In this document: piece after piece, positions 10,124 through 19,619 of the stretch
Layout of the letters: the number at the start of each line of letters is the position of its first letter
How positions within the stretch are numbered: the stretch's first letter is position 1
NCBI GenBank assembly: GCA_038128265.1
Contig: JAYPJE010000041.1
Coordinates: 1-38,466 of the forward strand
Length of the DNA: 38,466 nucleotides
Direction: 5' to 3'
DNA from: Gemmatimonadota bacterium
Lineage (GTDB): Bacteria > Latescibacterota > UBA2968 > UBA8231
Program-made: the position numbers and the translations under genes
Notes under the pieces: model-generated
Seen by the model: only the letters and a program-made list of their open reading frames with translations
Told to the model about the DNA's origin: nothing
The model's database searches: none

Positions 10124-10900
10124 TCAATCCATCGGATAGAGGCTACAGCCGCCGTCCACGACCAGCGTCGTGCCGGTGGCATAGGCAGCCATGTCCGAGC
10201 AGAGGTAGAGGAAGGCGTTTGCAACGGTTTCGGGGGGCTGCATATAGCCGAGAGGAATGGCCTTCTGAGCGCGTGCTTTGTAGGACGGGTCAGTGTCCCA
10301 CTGGCGCTTGGCCAGGCCCACGGCGACGATGCCGGGCGCTACGGCATTGGCGCGAATGCCGTGCGTTACCAACTCGCGCGCATAGCCGCGCATCATTGCC
10401 TTTACACCCGCTTTACTCGTTGTATAGGGCGTAATTTCCGGCCAGGGTACGTCCTGCACCCACGAAGTCGTGAAGATGAGATGTCCGCCGCGCTGCGCAT
10501 CAATCCAGCGCCTGCTAGCCGCTTGGGCTAGAACAAACGATGCGCGAAGGTTCACGTCGATGAGCTGGTCAAATTGGTCCAGTGGGTATTGGTCTACCGG
10601 GTGGGCGTCGACCATGCCGGCGTGGCAGCACACTACGTCGGGTTGGCCCCACAGCGCAGCGAGTGCATCGAGGGCGCGCGCCACCTCCGCCGGGTCGGAG
10701 GCATTGGCGCGAAAATAGGCGGCGCGCTGACCGGTGGGGTCAATCTCGGCCAGAACGGGCTGTGCCTGCGTTTCGTCGACGACGTCGTTAACGGCTACGC
10801 GCGCGTTGTGCGCTACCAGTTGGCGGGCTATGATGCGACCAATGGCACCGCACCCACCGCTGATAAACACGATGCGTTCTTGCAGGTCGAGCAGGTCCAT
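10124..10900 (-). CDS. SDR family NAD(P)-dependent oxidoreductase
   Basis: SGGCGAIG cofactor motif; YTTSK catalytic YxxxK; IRANAVAPG; VVDGG. Confidence 0.93.
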   Translation of the reverse strand: MDLLDLQERIVFISGGCGAIGRIIARQLVAHNARVAVNDVVDETQAQPVLAEIDPTGQRAAYFRANASDPAEVARALDALAALWGQPDVVCCHAGMVDAHPVDQYPLDQFDQLIDVNLRASFVLAQAASRRWIDAQRGGHLIFTTSWVQDVPWPEITPYTTSKAGVKAMMRGYARELVTHGIRANAVAPGIVAVGLAKRQWDTDPSYKARAQKAIPLGYMQPPETVANAFLYLCSDMAAYATGTTLVVDGGCSLYPMD

Positions 10901-10902
10901 TT

Positions 10903-11676
10903 TCAATCCTCTTTAAACGCGAAGGGGTACTGGGCGTATTCGGGTTGGCTCTTGCGCCACTCGAGGTAGGCCGTGCGCATGGGGCCACGCGGTGGATAGG
11001 TTTCGAGCAGCGAGTGGCCCTGTTCTACCTTGATGCGGGTAAAGCGTTCGCACACCTCGTGTTCGATTCCATATGCGGCCAGATTCTCTACTTCGGAGAG
11101 AGGGACGACGACGATGCCGTCGGCATCGCCAAGCAGCACGTCGCCGGGCAGCACTGGCACGCCGCCGACGTGAATGGGCACCTGGTAGTCGACCGACATC
11201 AGGGCGCGGCTAACGCCCGCACCGTGTATACCACGGCAAAACAGCGGTAGGCCGATCTGGCGAATGGTGCTCAGGTCGCGCGCGCAGCCGTCGATAACAA
11301 TGCCTTTTCCACCCAGTTCGAGGACGCGGCGCGTGTACATATCGCCGACCACTCCGGCTCCGTAGCTGCTGCAGGCGTCGACGACGAGAACCTCGCCTGG
11401 ACGGATGCTCTCAACGGCGTCGAGGTGCGGCCGCTGGCCGCTGTTTTCTTCGGCATACTGTTGTTTGATGAGGTCCTCACGCAGCGGTAAAAAGCGCAGC
11501 GTGCGCGCGCGCCCAACCATGACCTGGCCATCGCTAAGCGCCTGCGCTGGAATATCGATCATGTATGCGTTTTTATAGCCGCGGGTTAGCAGGTAATGCG
11601 TAGCTGTAGGCGTGCTGACCAGATGGAGCCCTTCCAGAATTTCGGGTGCAAACGCTACGTCGGGGTTTTTAAACAT
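10903..11676 (-). CDS. RraA-like / HMG-CHA aldolase family protein
   Basis: GRARTLRFLP, PGEVLVVDA, GVVGD, GIVIDGCARD, GGVPVLPGDVLLGDADGIVVVP. Confidence 0.88.
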   Translation of the reverse strand: MFKNPDVAFAPEILEGLHLVSTPTATHYLLTRGYKNAYMIDIPAQALSDGQVMVGRARTLRFLPLREDLIKQQYAEENSGQRPHLDAVESIRPGEVLVVDACSSYGAGVVGDMYTRRVLELGGKGIVIDGCARDLSTIRQIGLPLFCRGIHGAGVSRALMSVDYQVPIHVGGVPVLPGDVLLGDADGIVVVPLSEVENLAAYGIEHEVCERFTRIKVEQGHSLLETYPPRGPMRTAYLEWRKSQPEYAQYPFAFKED

Positions 11677-11760
11677 CGCGCACCTCTAGACGGGGAAAGG
11701 GCTGTTCGCGTGGCGCCTTAGATAGGCACAAATATTGGATTTGTCAATTGAGGTGCGCCG

Positions 11761-12666
11761 CTAGCGCAGGCCGAGCCAGTAGAGGACGGCCAGGAGGCTG
11801 ATCGGGCTCCATAGCGTTGAGCCAATGAGGATGCCGCCTAGGAGGTCGGGACGCGCATCAAAGCGCGTTGTCAGCACCAGCGCGTTGATCGCCGTGGGTA
11901 AACAGGAGCAAATAAGCAGCACTTCGCGCACCGCACCTTGAGCTCCAGTGGCCCAAGTAAGGGCAATTCCCAGGAGCGGACCGAGGACTATTTTGGCGGC
12001 GACGGCACCGCCTAAGACGGCCGTCTGTCTACGATCTACCTGTATGCGGCCGACCTGCACGCCGAGCAGCACGATGGCGAGAATGGGTCCTGCTTTGCCG
12101 ATCAGATCGGCCGTCGCGAGAACGGATTGGGGAATGGCAATACCCTGTGCGTTAATGGCTATGGCTATCGCGGCCGTGTAAATCAGTGGCAGCTTAAATA
12201 CGCTGGTAAATGCCTGCATAGGGCGTTGGCGGCCGCCGGCGGCGATGTATACGCCGAGCGAAGAGGCGAATACATTGCCGTAGACAAAGAGCAGCATGAC
12301 GATGGCCAGCGCTTCGTCGCCCAGCGCAAAGAGCACGACGGGCACGCCATAGGAGGCTACGTTAACCGTGGGTAGCGAGAGCGTGACGGCGCTGCGCGTG
12401 GCTCCGTCCCAGTCCAGCGTGCGGGCCAGCAGCCAGATAATGGGTATGCTGCACGCGTACATGCCCCCCTGCCAGGCAAATACTTGAACGGCGGCTACGC
12501 CCGTGACCGGATGGCGGACCAGGGCCGAAAAGAGCAGAAAGGGCAGGCATATGTAGATGGCGACATCGGCCAGCGATTCGGCGTCTACCCGTCGTCGTCG
12601 CCCTAGCAGGTAGCCGCAGCCGATCAGCGTGAAGAGCGGGGCAATGACATCGAGCAAGAATACCAT
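11761..12666 (-). CDS. AEC family transporter
   Basis: Multi-TM protein with IYICLPFLLF, NVASYGVPV, KLPLIY, LPTAINA; true start MVFLL at 12666 overlaps the upstream stop (TAATG coupling). Confidence 0.9.
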   Translation of the reverse strand: MVFLLDVIAPLFTLIGCGYLLGRRRRVDAESLADVAIYICLPFLLFSALVRHPVTGVAAVQVFAWQGGMYACSIPIIWLLARTLDWDGATRSAVTLSLPTVNVASYGVPVVLFALGDEALAIVMLLFVYGNVFASSLGVYIAAGGRQRPMQAFTSVFKLPLIYTAAIAIAINAQGIAIPQSVLATADLIGKAGPILAIVLLGVQVGRIQVDRRQTAVLGGAVAAKIVLGPLLGIALTWATGAQGAVREVLLICSCLPTAINALVLTTRFDARPDLLGGILIGSTLWSPISLLAVLYWLGLR

Positions 12667-13334
12667 TAGGGTAGCAGGTCGTCCATAGCGCCTTCGATGG
12701 CGATCGCGCGCACGGGCGTGCCGTCGCCGCCTTCTACTTTCAGCGGCAGCGCGGTGAAGAATACGCGCTCTGCGCGTATGGCATCGAGGTTGGTCAGTCC
12801 TTCGACAATGACAATGCCGGCTTCGAGCAACGTCTGGTGCACGGCGGTGATTTCCTCCAGGTCGTCGATGGCGGCTACTGAAGGCGGTTCGACGCCGACC
12901 AGCGCGATAAGGCGCTCGGCAAAAAACCGCGCCAGTTCGAGACTGATGCGCGGTAGCTCGTCGCGATAGGCCGGTTCTTCGACGCGTGCACTCCACCCCG
13001 ACCGCAACAGCACGCGATCGCCCGTTTCGATGCGCTGGGCAAACTCGCCGAGGTGTTCCAATGTGATGAGTTCGCGCGGCTGCAGTCGCCCCACGTCGAC
13101 TACCCACGCTGGCCCCACGCATTTGGATAGGTCGAGGTGATCAATGGTCAAGCCTTGTTCAAAGAAGTGGCGCGGCGCGTCCATGTGGGTGGTAGCATGT
13201 GAATAGAGATGCAGCGTGCGGGCATTCCAGCCGTCGCTGGCAATGGTATTGGCCGTGTCCCAGGCAATGCCGCGCATGTGCGGGCGCATGGTTAGTGAGA
13301 GATCGATAATGTTCAATTTTATCCTTTCCAGCAT
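12666..13334 (-). CDS. Cyclase family metal-dependent hydrolase (kynurenine formamidase-like)
   Basis: IIDLS, HATTHMDAPRH, HQTLLEAGIVIVEGL, LPLKVEGGDGTPVRAIA; start may be TTG at 13316. Confidence 0.92.
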   Translation of the reverse strand: MLERIKLNIIDLSLTMRPHMRGIAWDTANTIASDGWNARTLHLYSHATTHMDAPRHFFEQGLTIDHLDLSKCVGPAWVVDVGRLQPRELITLEHLGEFAQRIETGDRVLLRSGWSARVEEPAYRDELPRISLELARFFAERLIALVGVEPPSVAAIDDLEEITAVHQTLLEAGIVIVEGLTNLDAIRAERVFFTALPLKVEGGDGTPVRAIAIEGAMDDLLP

Positions 13335-13537
13335 TTAAGCTGGTCGCTAGTATAGTGCGAATACATAGTGAAAAAGTCAGTCGATTCCGATCAACCTAGG
13401 CGAAAAATGGAAGCCGCATACGGCGCAACGACCCATGCCGAGGCAGGAGTCCCCATAAACTACGCATTGGCAACGTAGATTTATAGGGCATACCTAGGTC
13501 AAACACAAACGCGCGTATCTATCGGGGAGATCTCACT

Positions 13538-15892
13538 GTGAAATTCATAATGGCCGTGGCATCATGGGCGCTGGTATCGGGCTGCGTGGCCGCCGATGCC
13601 AAAGAGAGTGCACGCACTAGTGAAGTGCGTGCAGGAGCGCAGGCTGTGGGAACGCACCAGGCAGCGACTAGCCGTACTATTCGATATCTGATGTGGTTAG
13701 CTGCTCTGAGTTCAGGCCTATGCGTAGCAGCTGTATTTGCGCAGGACGTACAGCGCATCGGACCGCCCACCCAGTTCTTTGTCGATAGCGAGCGGTATCG
13801 CTTTGCTTCGCCCAATGTAAACGATCGGAACTTTTATCCGATTCCCAGCGACCGCGTCTCGCGGGCTACCTATATGCGCTACTTGGAATCGCGCAATTTG
13901 GAGGCCCTTGCGGCAAATTTGAATCACGGCGAAGGTGGCCCTAGGGCATTCTTACCCATCTTAGCCAAATATGTCGAAAGCGGTGAGGCGCGCTGGGCCG
14001 ATGCGTGTGTTGCCATGCTAAAGCGCTACCGCATTGCCCTAGAGGAGCGCGTCGAGCGAGATGGGTGGGTTTCTGATTTTGAGATGCCCGCCGTGGTGCT
14101 TCCCATCTACAGAAAATATCTGATAGAAGGGGGGGCGATCGACGAGGATACAGAGTGGTTCAAAGACCTAGTTCTCTACTACAGCCGCAATTTGCACGTG
14201 TGGTCTTCAGAGCCGACCGAGTGGCGCGGCGGCTGTCACCGATCGATGCCCGAGGGCACCATCAAATGGCTAGCGGCTCAGTGGTACCCAGACATTCCGG
14301 AAGCGGCGCATTGGGCGGCGTACGGACAGCTTGTTTTTAACGACTTCTGGAAGGTAAAAGACGTGCCGCAAAACGACACGGGCTATATGATGGGACCGCT
14401 CGTTATGCTAGTGTATAACGGCGACCTAATAACGGGAGACAACCGCATCTACCGTGATCCCGGCATGCAGCGGCTCTGGCAGCGCCTTATGCTGGAGGTT
14501 AGCAGCGATGGGGCCGTAAATCCCTACGGTCCAAATGGAGGGTACAATAGCACGGCCGACTACCGCCTGTCGATGTTGGAGCGCATTGCGGCCCAGACGG
14601 GCGATGGTCGCTTTCGCTTTGTCGCGCACAAGCTGATGAACTATATGCGCTATCAGGGGCGTGCACATATCGAAGACGACTATCTGCTCGATCCGCTGCA
14701 CGCGGCGCTGGCCTATCTATTCGCCGACGACTCGATTGAGCCCACCGCCCCCGATAGCGCTTCGCTCCATACGGTGCGCAATGAGGCCATGCGCGTAGCG
14801 CACACGGACAAGGCGCTGACCGAAGAGCTGTTGGGCAATGCCGACCCGCGAGAAAACAAGGGGCACATCTGCTGTAGTTGGGTGATGAACGAACAGCAGT
14901 GGCCCGATAAATTTGTCTTTCGCAGCGGGTGGGACCCCGGCGACTTGTTCTGCTTGGTCGAACTTCACCCGACGAGCTTTCCCGCCAATCCCGGCGGTAT
15001 CATGGGCATGAATCGCTATGGGGCGCCGTTTACGCAAATCGTGACGAGTAAGGGCAGCTCGCAGGAAAACCGCCTGCTTATTGAAGAGGTGAATGGCGAA
15101 GTAGCGCGGCGCTATCACCCCGAATCCATGCGCATTGATGAAGACTGGAGTCGGGGGACGATGCCCGATATTCGATCTGAGGTGATGCACTTTGACGATA
15201 CGCCTGAAGCTACTTATGCCAGCGTGCGCGTATACAACCCGGATGGACTGCCCGTCGTCTATGATCGCGAATTTATTTTTGTGAAAAATCGCTTTTTGGT
15301 AACGCGCGAGATTGTGACCTTTGAAGAATCGTTTAACGCACGCATTTCACCCCTGTGGAATACGCAGAACATTGGACCGCAGTTGGGTAGTCACTGGGCC
15401 AATACGTTTATGAGCGCACCCGTTGCCGACAACGGCGGAGCGAGTATGAAAACGCCGCCAGTCGACCTGCTTGTCTGGTTTGCTCCGCAAGCGGATTGTC
15501 AACTGCAGGTTGTGGATCGCATGACCTTCGACCTGCGCACGACCGACTGCCCGGCGCAGCTACGCTACGCGTGGGAAGGCGTTGTCGAGCAAGGTGAGCA
15601 GAAGGTGTTCACCCAAGTGTACTATCCGCATACGCCCTATCGAATTCGCACGTTCAACAACAACCCCGGCGGCAGCAATGAGCGCGATCAACCGCCGCTG
15701 CAGGCCACCGCGCACGCCAGTGGAATTGAGGTAGTGCGCGACGATGTCGCGGCGACGATACTCAAGCTCGAATTGGAAGAGGGGCGCGTAGAGTACGTCG
15801 CGTTTAATCCTCTAAGGGAGAAGCTCGACGTCGGCGGTCGTACTCTGCAACAACCCTTTGTCTACAGGAATGGAGTAGTCGATGGCATGTAG
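13538..15892 (+). CDS. Large secreted hypothetical protein, divergent heparinase II/III-like architecture
   Basis: 784-aa ORF with N-terminal hydrophobic segment(s); helical N-half, FVFRSGWD motif, beta-rich C-half; start uncertain. Confidence 0.55.
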   Translation: MKFIMAVASWALVSGCVAADAKESARTSEVRAGAQAVGTHQAATSRTIRYLMWLAALSSGLCVAAVFAQDVQRIGPPTQFFVDSERYRFASPNVNDRNFYPIPSDRVSRATYMRYLESRNLEALAANLNHGEGGPRAFLPILAKYVESGEARWADACVAMLKRYRIALEERVERDGWVSDFEMPAVVLPIYRKYLIEGGAIDEDTEWFKDLVLYYSRNLHVWSSEPTEWRGGCHRSMPEGTIKWLAAQWYPDIPEAAHWAAYGQLVFNDFWKVKDVPQNDTGYMMGPLVMLVYNGDLITGDNRIYRDPGMQRLWQRLMLEVSSDGAVNPYGPNGGYNSTADYRLSMLERIAAQTGDGRFRFVAHKLMNYMRYQGRAHIEDDYLLDPLHAALAYLFADDSIEPTAPDSASLHTVRNEAMRVAHTDKALTEELLGNADPRENKGHICCSWVMNEQQWPDKFVFRSGWDPGDLFCLVELHPTSFPANPGGIMGMNRYGAPFTQIVTSKGSSQENRLLIEEVNGEVARRYHPESMRIDEDWSRGTMPDIRSEVMHFDDTPEATYASVRVYNPDGLPVVYDREFIFVKNRFLVTREIVTFEESFNARISPLWNTQNIGPQLGSHWANTFMSAPVADNGGASMKTPPVDLLVWFAPQADCQLQVVDRMTFDLRTTDCPAQLRYAWEGVVEQGEQKVFTQVYYPHTPYRIRTFNNNPGGSNERDQPPLQATAHASGIEVVRDDVAATILKLELEEGRVEYVAFNPLREKLDVGGRTLQQPFVYRNGVVDGM

Positions 15893-15948
15893 GAACTGCC
15901 GCGTTGATACCAAGTGCCCATCGTCCGCTGGTCCACCAGTGATGTGCG

Positions 15949-17739
15949 CTAGTCCCGACGCTTTTTCCCCTTGCGATGGCGACTCTTTTTCTCCGCTTTT
16001 TTCGACTGTTTACCTTTTGCCACTTTGATTCGGCGCGGTTTCTCCTGGTCGCTGAGCCTAGCGATGTGCAGCTGCTGGCCACAGACCCACACCTTCTTTA
16101 GCGTGCGAAAGAGGTCGCGCGGCATACCTTCCGGCAAGTCGACCGTGCTGTAGCTATCGTATATTTCGATGCGGCCGATGTATTGGCTGTCTAGCATCAC
16201 CTCGTTGGCAATCGCGCCGACGAGGTTGCCCGGTTTGAGTCCGTGTGCGTGGCCTACTTCAACGCGAAAGCGCTCCATACCCTCGGCCAGTTGAGGGGCA
16301 AGCGTGGCTTGTGTTCCTGCGCCAGTAGACTTTTCTTGCTCGCCTCTTTGCGCTGCGGTGGATTCGTAGGGCGCCTTGGTAGCCGCCGCCGGCATCCCGC
16401 GCCGACGGTCGAGATCTGCCGCTAGCAATAGGGGTTCGTCTCCCTGTACAGTCTTGGCCAAGGCCGATGCGATGTCGAGCATGGCTACGTTGTGTTCTTG
16501 CCGGTACTGCTCGAGAATCATGCGAAAAACGCCGAGGTCTTCCGTGGACAGGACGTCGGTAATGCCCTGTTTGAAATGGGCAATTCGCTGGTCGTTTATC
16601 ATCTCCGTTGAAGGCAGCTCCAACAGCGGAATTTTTTGCTGCGTAGCGCGTTCAATCGCGTAGAGTAACCGCCTCTCGCGCGGCGCGACAAACAGCACGG
16701 CTTCGCCGCTGCGACCGGCGCGTCCAGTGCGTCCGATCCGGTGAATATAGGCCTCGACGTCGGAGGGAATATCGAAGTTGATGACGTGGCTAATGCGGTC
16801 GATATCGAGGCCGCGGGCGGCGACGTCGGTGGCGACGAGGATATCCAAGCGTCCCTTTTTGAGAAGGGCTACGGTTTTTTCGCGCTGTCGCTGTGCCATA
16901 TCGCCGCTCAGTGCTGCGCTGGCGTAGCCGCGCGCCTCCAGCTTTTCGGCCAGTTCGGTGGTCATAGTGCGGGTGCGGACAAAAACAAGCACGCCGTCAA
17001 ACGGTTCTGCTTCGAGAATGCGCGTCAACGCGTCGATTTTGTGGTCTTTGCCGCTGACCATCCAGTGCCTCTGGCGAATAGTCTCGGCAGCCGTAGTGCG
17101 CTCTTTTATGGAAATGTGTTCGGGGTCGCGCAGGTGGCGTTCGGCGATGCGTCGAATGGGGTCGGGCATAGTCGCCGAAAAAAGCGCCGTTTGTCGCTGG
17201 GCCGGCGTCTGCTGCAGTATCCACTCCACGTCTTCAATGAAGCCCATTCTCAGCATCTCGTCGGCTTCGTCGAGAACCAGACAGCGAAGTCCGTCGAGTC
17301 GCAGCGTATTGCGCCGCATGTGGTCCATCACGCGCCCAGGCGTGCCGACTACTACGTGCACGCCGCGCTTAAGTGCGCGCAGCTGGCCGTCGTAGGACTG
17401 ACCGCCGTAGATAGGAAGCACGTGAAAGTCCTTTATATGGGTTGCGTAGCGCTGGAATGCTTCGGCAACCTGTATGGCTAGTTCGCGCGTTGGCGTTAGG
17501 ACCAGCACTTGCACGGTGCGGGACGCGATCTCGATATGGGTTAGGAGGGGTAGGGCAAAGGCCGCGGTTTTGCCGGTGCCAGTTTGCGCTTGGCCGAGCA
17601 CGTCGCGGTGTTCGAGCATCAGAGGGATGGTCTGCGCCTGAATCGGTGTTGGAATTTCGTAGCCGACTTCGGTCAGCGCTTTGAGAACGGGTTTGGCCAG
17701 CGACAAATGGTGAAACGTCGCACCGCTATTATCGGACAT
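15949..17739 (-). CDS. deaD: DEAD-box RNA helicase DeaD/CsdA
   Basis: Q motif PTPIQ; AQTGTGKT; PTRELA; DEAD; SAT; ARGLD; HRIGRTGRAG; C-terminal DbpA RNA-binding domain and basic tail. Confidence 0.93.
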   Translation of the reverse strand: MSDNSGATFHHLSLAKPVLKALTEVGYEIPTPIQAQTIPLMLEHRDVLGQAQTGTGKTAAFALPLLTHIEIASRTVQVLVLTPTRELAIQVAEAFQRYATHIKDFHVLPIYGGQSYDGQLRALKRGVHVVVGTPGRVMDHMRRNTLRLDGLRCLVLDEADEMLRMGFIEDVEWILQQTPAQRQTALFSATMPDPIRRIAERHLRDPEHISIKERTTAAETIRQRHWMVSGKDHKIDALTRILEAEPFDGVLVFVRTRTMTTELAEKLEARGYASAALSGDMAQRQREKTVALLKKGRLDILVATDVAARGLDIDRISHVINFDIPSDVEAYIHRIGRTGRAGRSGEAVLFVAPRERRLLYAIERATQQKIPLLELPSTEMINDQRIAHFKQGITDVLSTEDLGVFRMILEQYRQEHNVAMLDIASALAKTVQGDEPLLLAADLDRRRGMPAAATKAPYESTAAQRGEQEKSTGAGTQATLAPQLAEGMERFRVEVGHAHGLKPGNLVGAIANEVMLDSQYIGRIEIYDSYSTVDLPEGMPRDLFRTLKKVWVCGQQLHIARLSDQEKPRRIKVAKGKQSKKAEKKSRHRKGKKRRD

Positions 17740-17938
17740 ATGGTGTTGGTCTTTCTACGGATAATCAGAACGGGGAGGGGGCCGCGCGGTCCGTCTGTGC
17801 GCAGCCCCCAGAGTAACGGCTCCGTCTAATATAGAGACGAGGTCGCCGTTTTCCAACGGGCCCTTGACCGGCTTGGGTGAGAAGAACATATTGCGTCGAT
17901 CAGAGTGTGACGGACCATAGTGTGATGAAAGGTATGCA

Positions 17939-19570
17939 ATGAGTGAACCCATTTTACTGAGCGATGAGCAGGTGCGTCAGTTTATCGTCAACGGCTATTT
18001 GGTATTTGAACCTACGGTGCCGGACGGCACGCACGAGGCCTGCTATCGCAAGCTCAACGAGATTGTCGAGGCGGAGGCCAATCCAGGGAACAATATCTTG
18101 CCGCGCGTGCCTGAGATGCGCCACATCCTCAACAGCCCCGAGGTGCGCGGTGCGCTGCTGAGCGTGTTGGGTCCGGGCTATCTCGAACATCCACATCGCT
18201 ATTGTCACCCGCTGGGTCCGGTCGAGAGCCCCCCTTCGGAGGCCGAGGCGGAGGATCGTCTCAGGAACAACTGTCACCAGGATGGCTATACGCCGATGGG
18301 GCATCCGCGCCAGCACTATCTGCGCTATGCGCGGATTATGTACTACCCGCAGGACTCGCCCGTTGAATTGGGGCCGACGCACGTCATCCCCGGTACGCAG
18401 TACAATCGGGGTCTCAGCGACGAAGACCGAGCCAGCACCCTACCTGTCGCGGGACGCGCCGGCACGGTGTCGCTAACGCATTTTGACGTGGGGCATGCCG
18501 CTGGAGTCTCGCTGCTGCCGCGCCATCGCCACATGATCAAATTTATTTACATGCGGGCATCAGAGCCGCGCGAGCCCACTTGGAAGTGCCAGAGTACAGG
18601 CTGGGAAAACCCGGCGGATATTACCGCACCGCACGATCTTGAGCTGACCTGGTCACACCAGTGGGATTGGCTGTGTGGCAAGCGCGACCGCTACGCCTCA
18701 TGGGCGCAGCAGCCGGACGGAGATGTCGGCGCTGTAGATGGTCTAATTGCCCAATTGGATGGCCAGGTAGAGCTGCCCAAGCGACTCGAAGCTGCGCGCG
18801 CGCTGGCTTCGCTTGGCGCGGCGGCGGCGGCGGCCGTACCCACTCTGGTTTCGCTGCTGGGCGTCGACCATCAGGCCATGCGCGTTGAAGCCACGTATGC
18901 GCTGGGCCGCATTGGTCAACCGGCTGTTGCGCCGTTAGTCGCTGCCCTGCGCCAGGCGGGTGAGCGGGCTGACGAACACGATGCGCCTCCGGCCTGGAAC
19001 GAAAATGCGACCAATATGGAAGACGCCGCTCAGGCGCTGACAGCCGTCGGCGAGCCGGCGGTCGAAGCCCTTGTGGACCTGCTGAGCTCTCCGAGCGAAT
19101 GGACGCGCATCAACGCGGCGTTTGCGCTGGGAGAGATGGATTCGCATGCCGCTCCCGCCGTGCAGGCGCTGGCCGCAGCGCTGGGCGATTCCTCGCACCG
19201 CGTGGTGCGCACGGCTATCGACGCGCTGGGCAATATCGTCTCTCACGATCCGCAATCCGCTTGGGTCGAGGCCTTGGGAAACATGCTGGAAGCCGATCAC
19301 CCCGATTGGCACCAGGAGGCGTCGCGTCGCTGGGTGCCGCGCGATCAGGTGCGCATCAACGCCGCTACGGTGTGCGCGCGCCTGGGGCCGGCGGCTGCGC
19401 CGCTCGAAGCGCATCTCTTTAGGGCGCTCGACGACCCGTGCGGTCACGTGGGCTCCTTTGCGCTCAATGCGCTGCAGCGCTTAGGTACGCCGACGGCTAC
19501 GCAGGCGGCCATGGACTATCTGTGGTCGCAGCGTTGGGATGCTTCGATTGACGGTGCGCGCCAGTTCTGA
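17939..19570 (+). CDS. Phytanoyl-CoA dioxygenase-like domain fused to HEAT repeats
   Basis: QFIVNGY, HQD, YYPQD, GPTHVIPGTQ and distal H (HFDVGH); C-terminal HEAT repeats (AAFALGEM, AIDALGNI). Confidence 0.85.
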   Translation: MSEPILLSDEQVRQFIVNGYLVFEPTVPDGTHEACYRKLNEIVEAEANPGNNILPRVPEMRHILNSPEVRGALLSVLGPGYLEHPHRYCHPLGPVESPPSEAEAEDRLRNNCHQDGYTPMGHPRQHYLRYARIMYYPQDSPVELGPTHVIPGTQYNRGLSDEDRASTLPVAGRAGTVSLTHFDVGHAAGVSLLPRHRHMIKFIYMRASEPREPTWKCQSTGWENPADITAPHDLELTWSHQWDWLCGKRDRYASWAQQPDGDVGAVDGLIAQLDGQVELPKRLEAARALASLGAAAAAAVPTLVSLLGVDHQAMRVEATYALGRIGQPAVAPLVAALRQAGERADEHDAPPAWNENATNMEDAAQALTAVGEPAVEALVDLLSSPSEWTRINAAFALGEMDSHAAPAVQALAAALGDSSHRVVRTAIDALGNIVSHDPQSAWVEALGNMLEADHPDWHQEASRRWVPRDQVRINAATVCARLGPAAAPLEAHLFRALDDPCGHVGSFALNALQRLGTPTATQAAMDYLWSQRWDASIDGARQF

Positions 19571-19619
19571 TGGTATGCGCCCATGCTGGTGCTGATACCC
19601 GTCGTATAGGAGCTGTCTT

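Noticed and set aside
12667..13122. N-terminal extensions of the AEC transporter ORF (likewise antiporter 10111..10224 and M20 34334..34408)
   Set aside because: They overlap neighbouring genes and have non-protein-like composition; downstream starts fit the family and RBS or coupling signals
13441..13502. Faint resemblance to an IS200/IS605 right end (GCAGGAGTCCCC...GGG...GTCAA)
   Set aside because: No tnpA/tnpB remnant nearby and the similarity is too weak to call a mobile element
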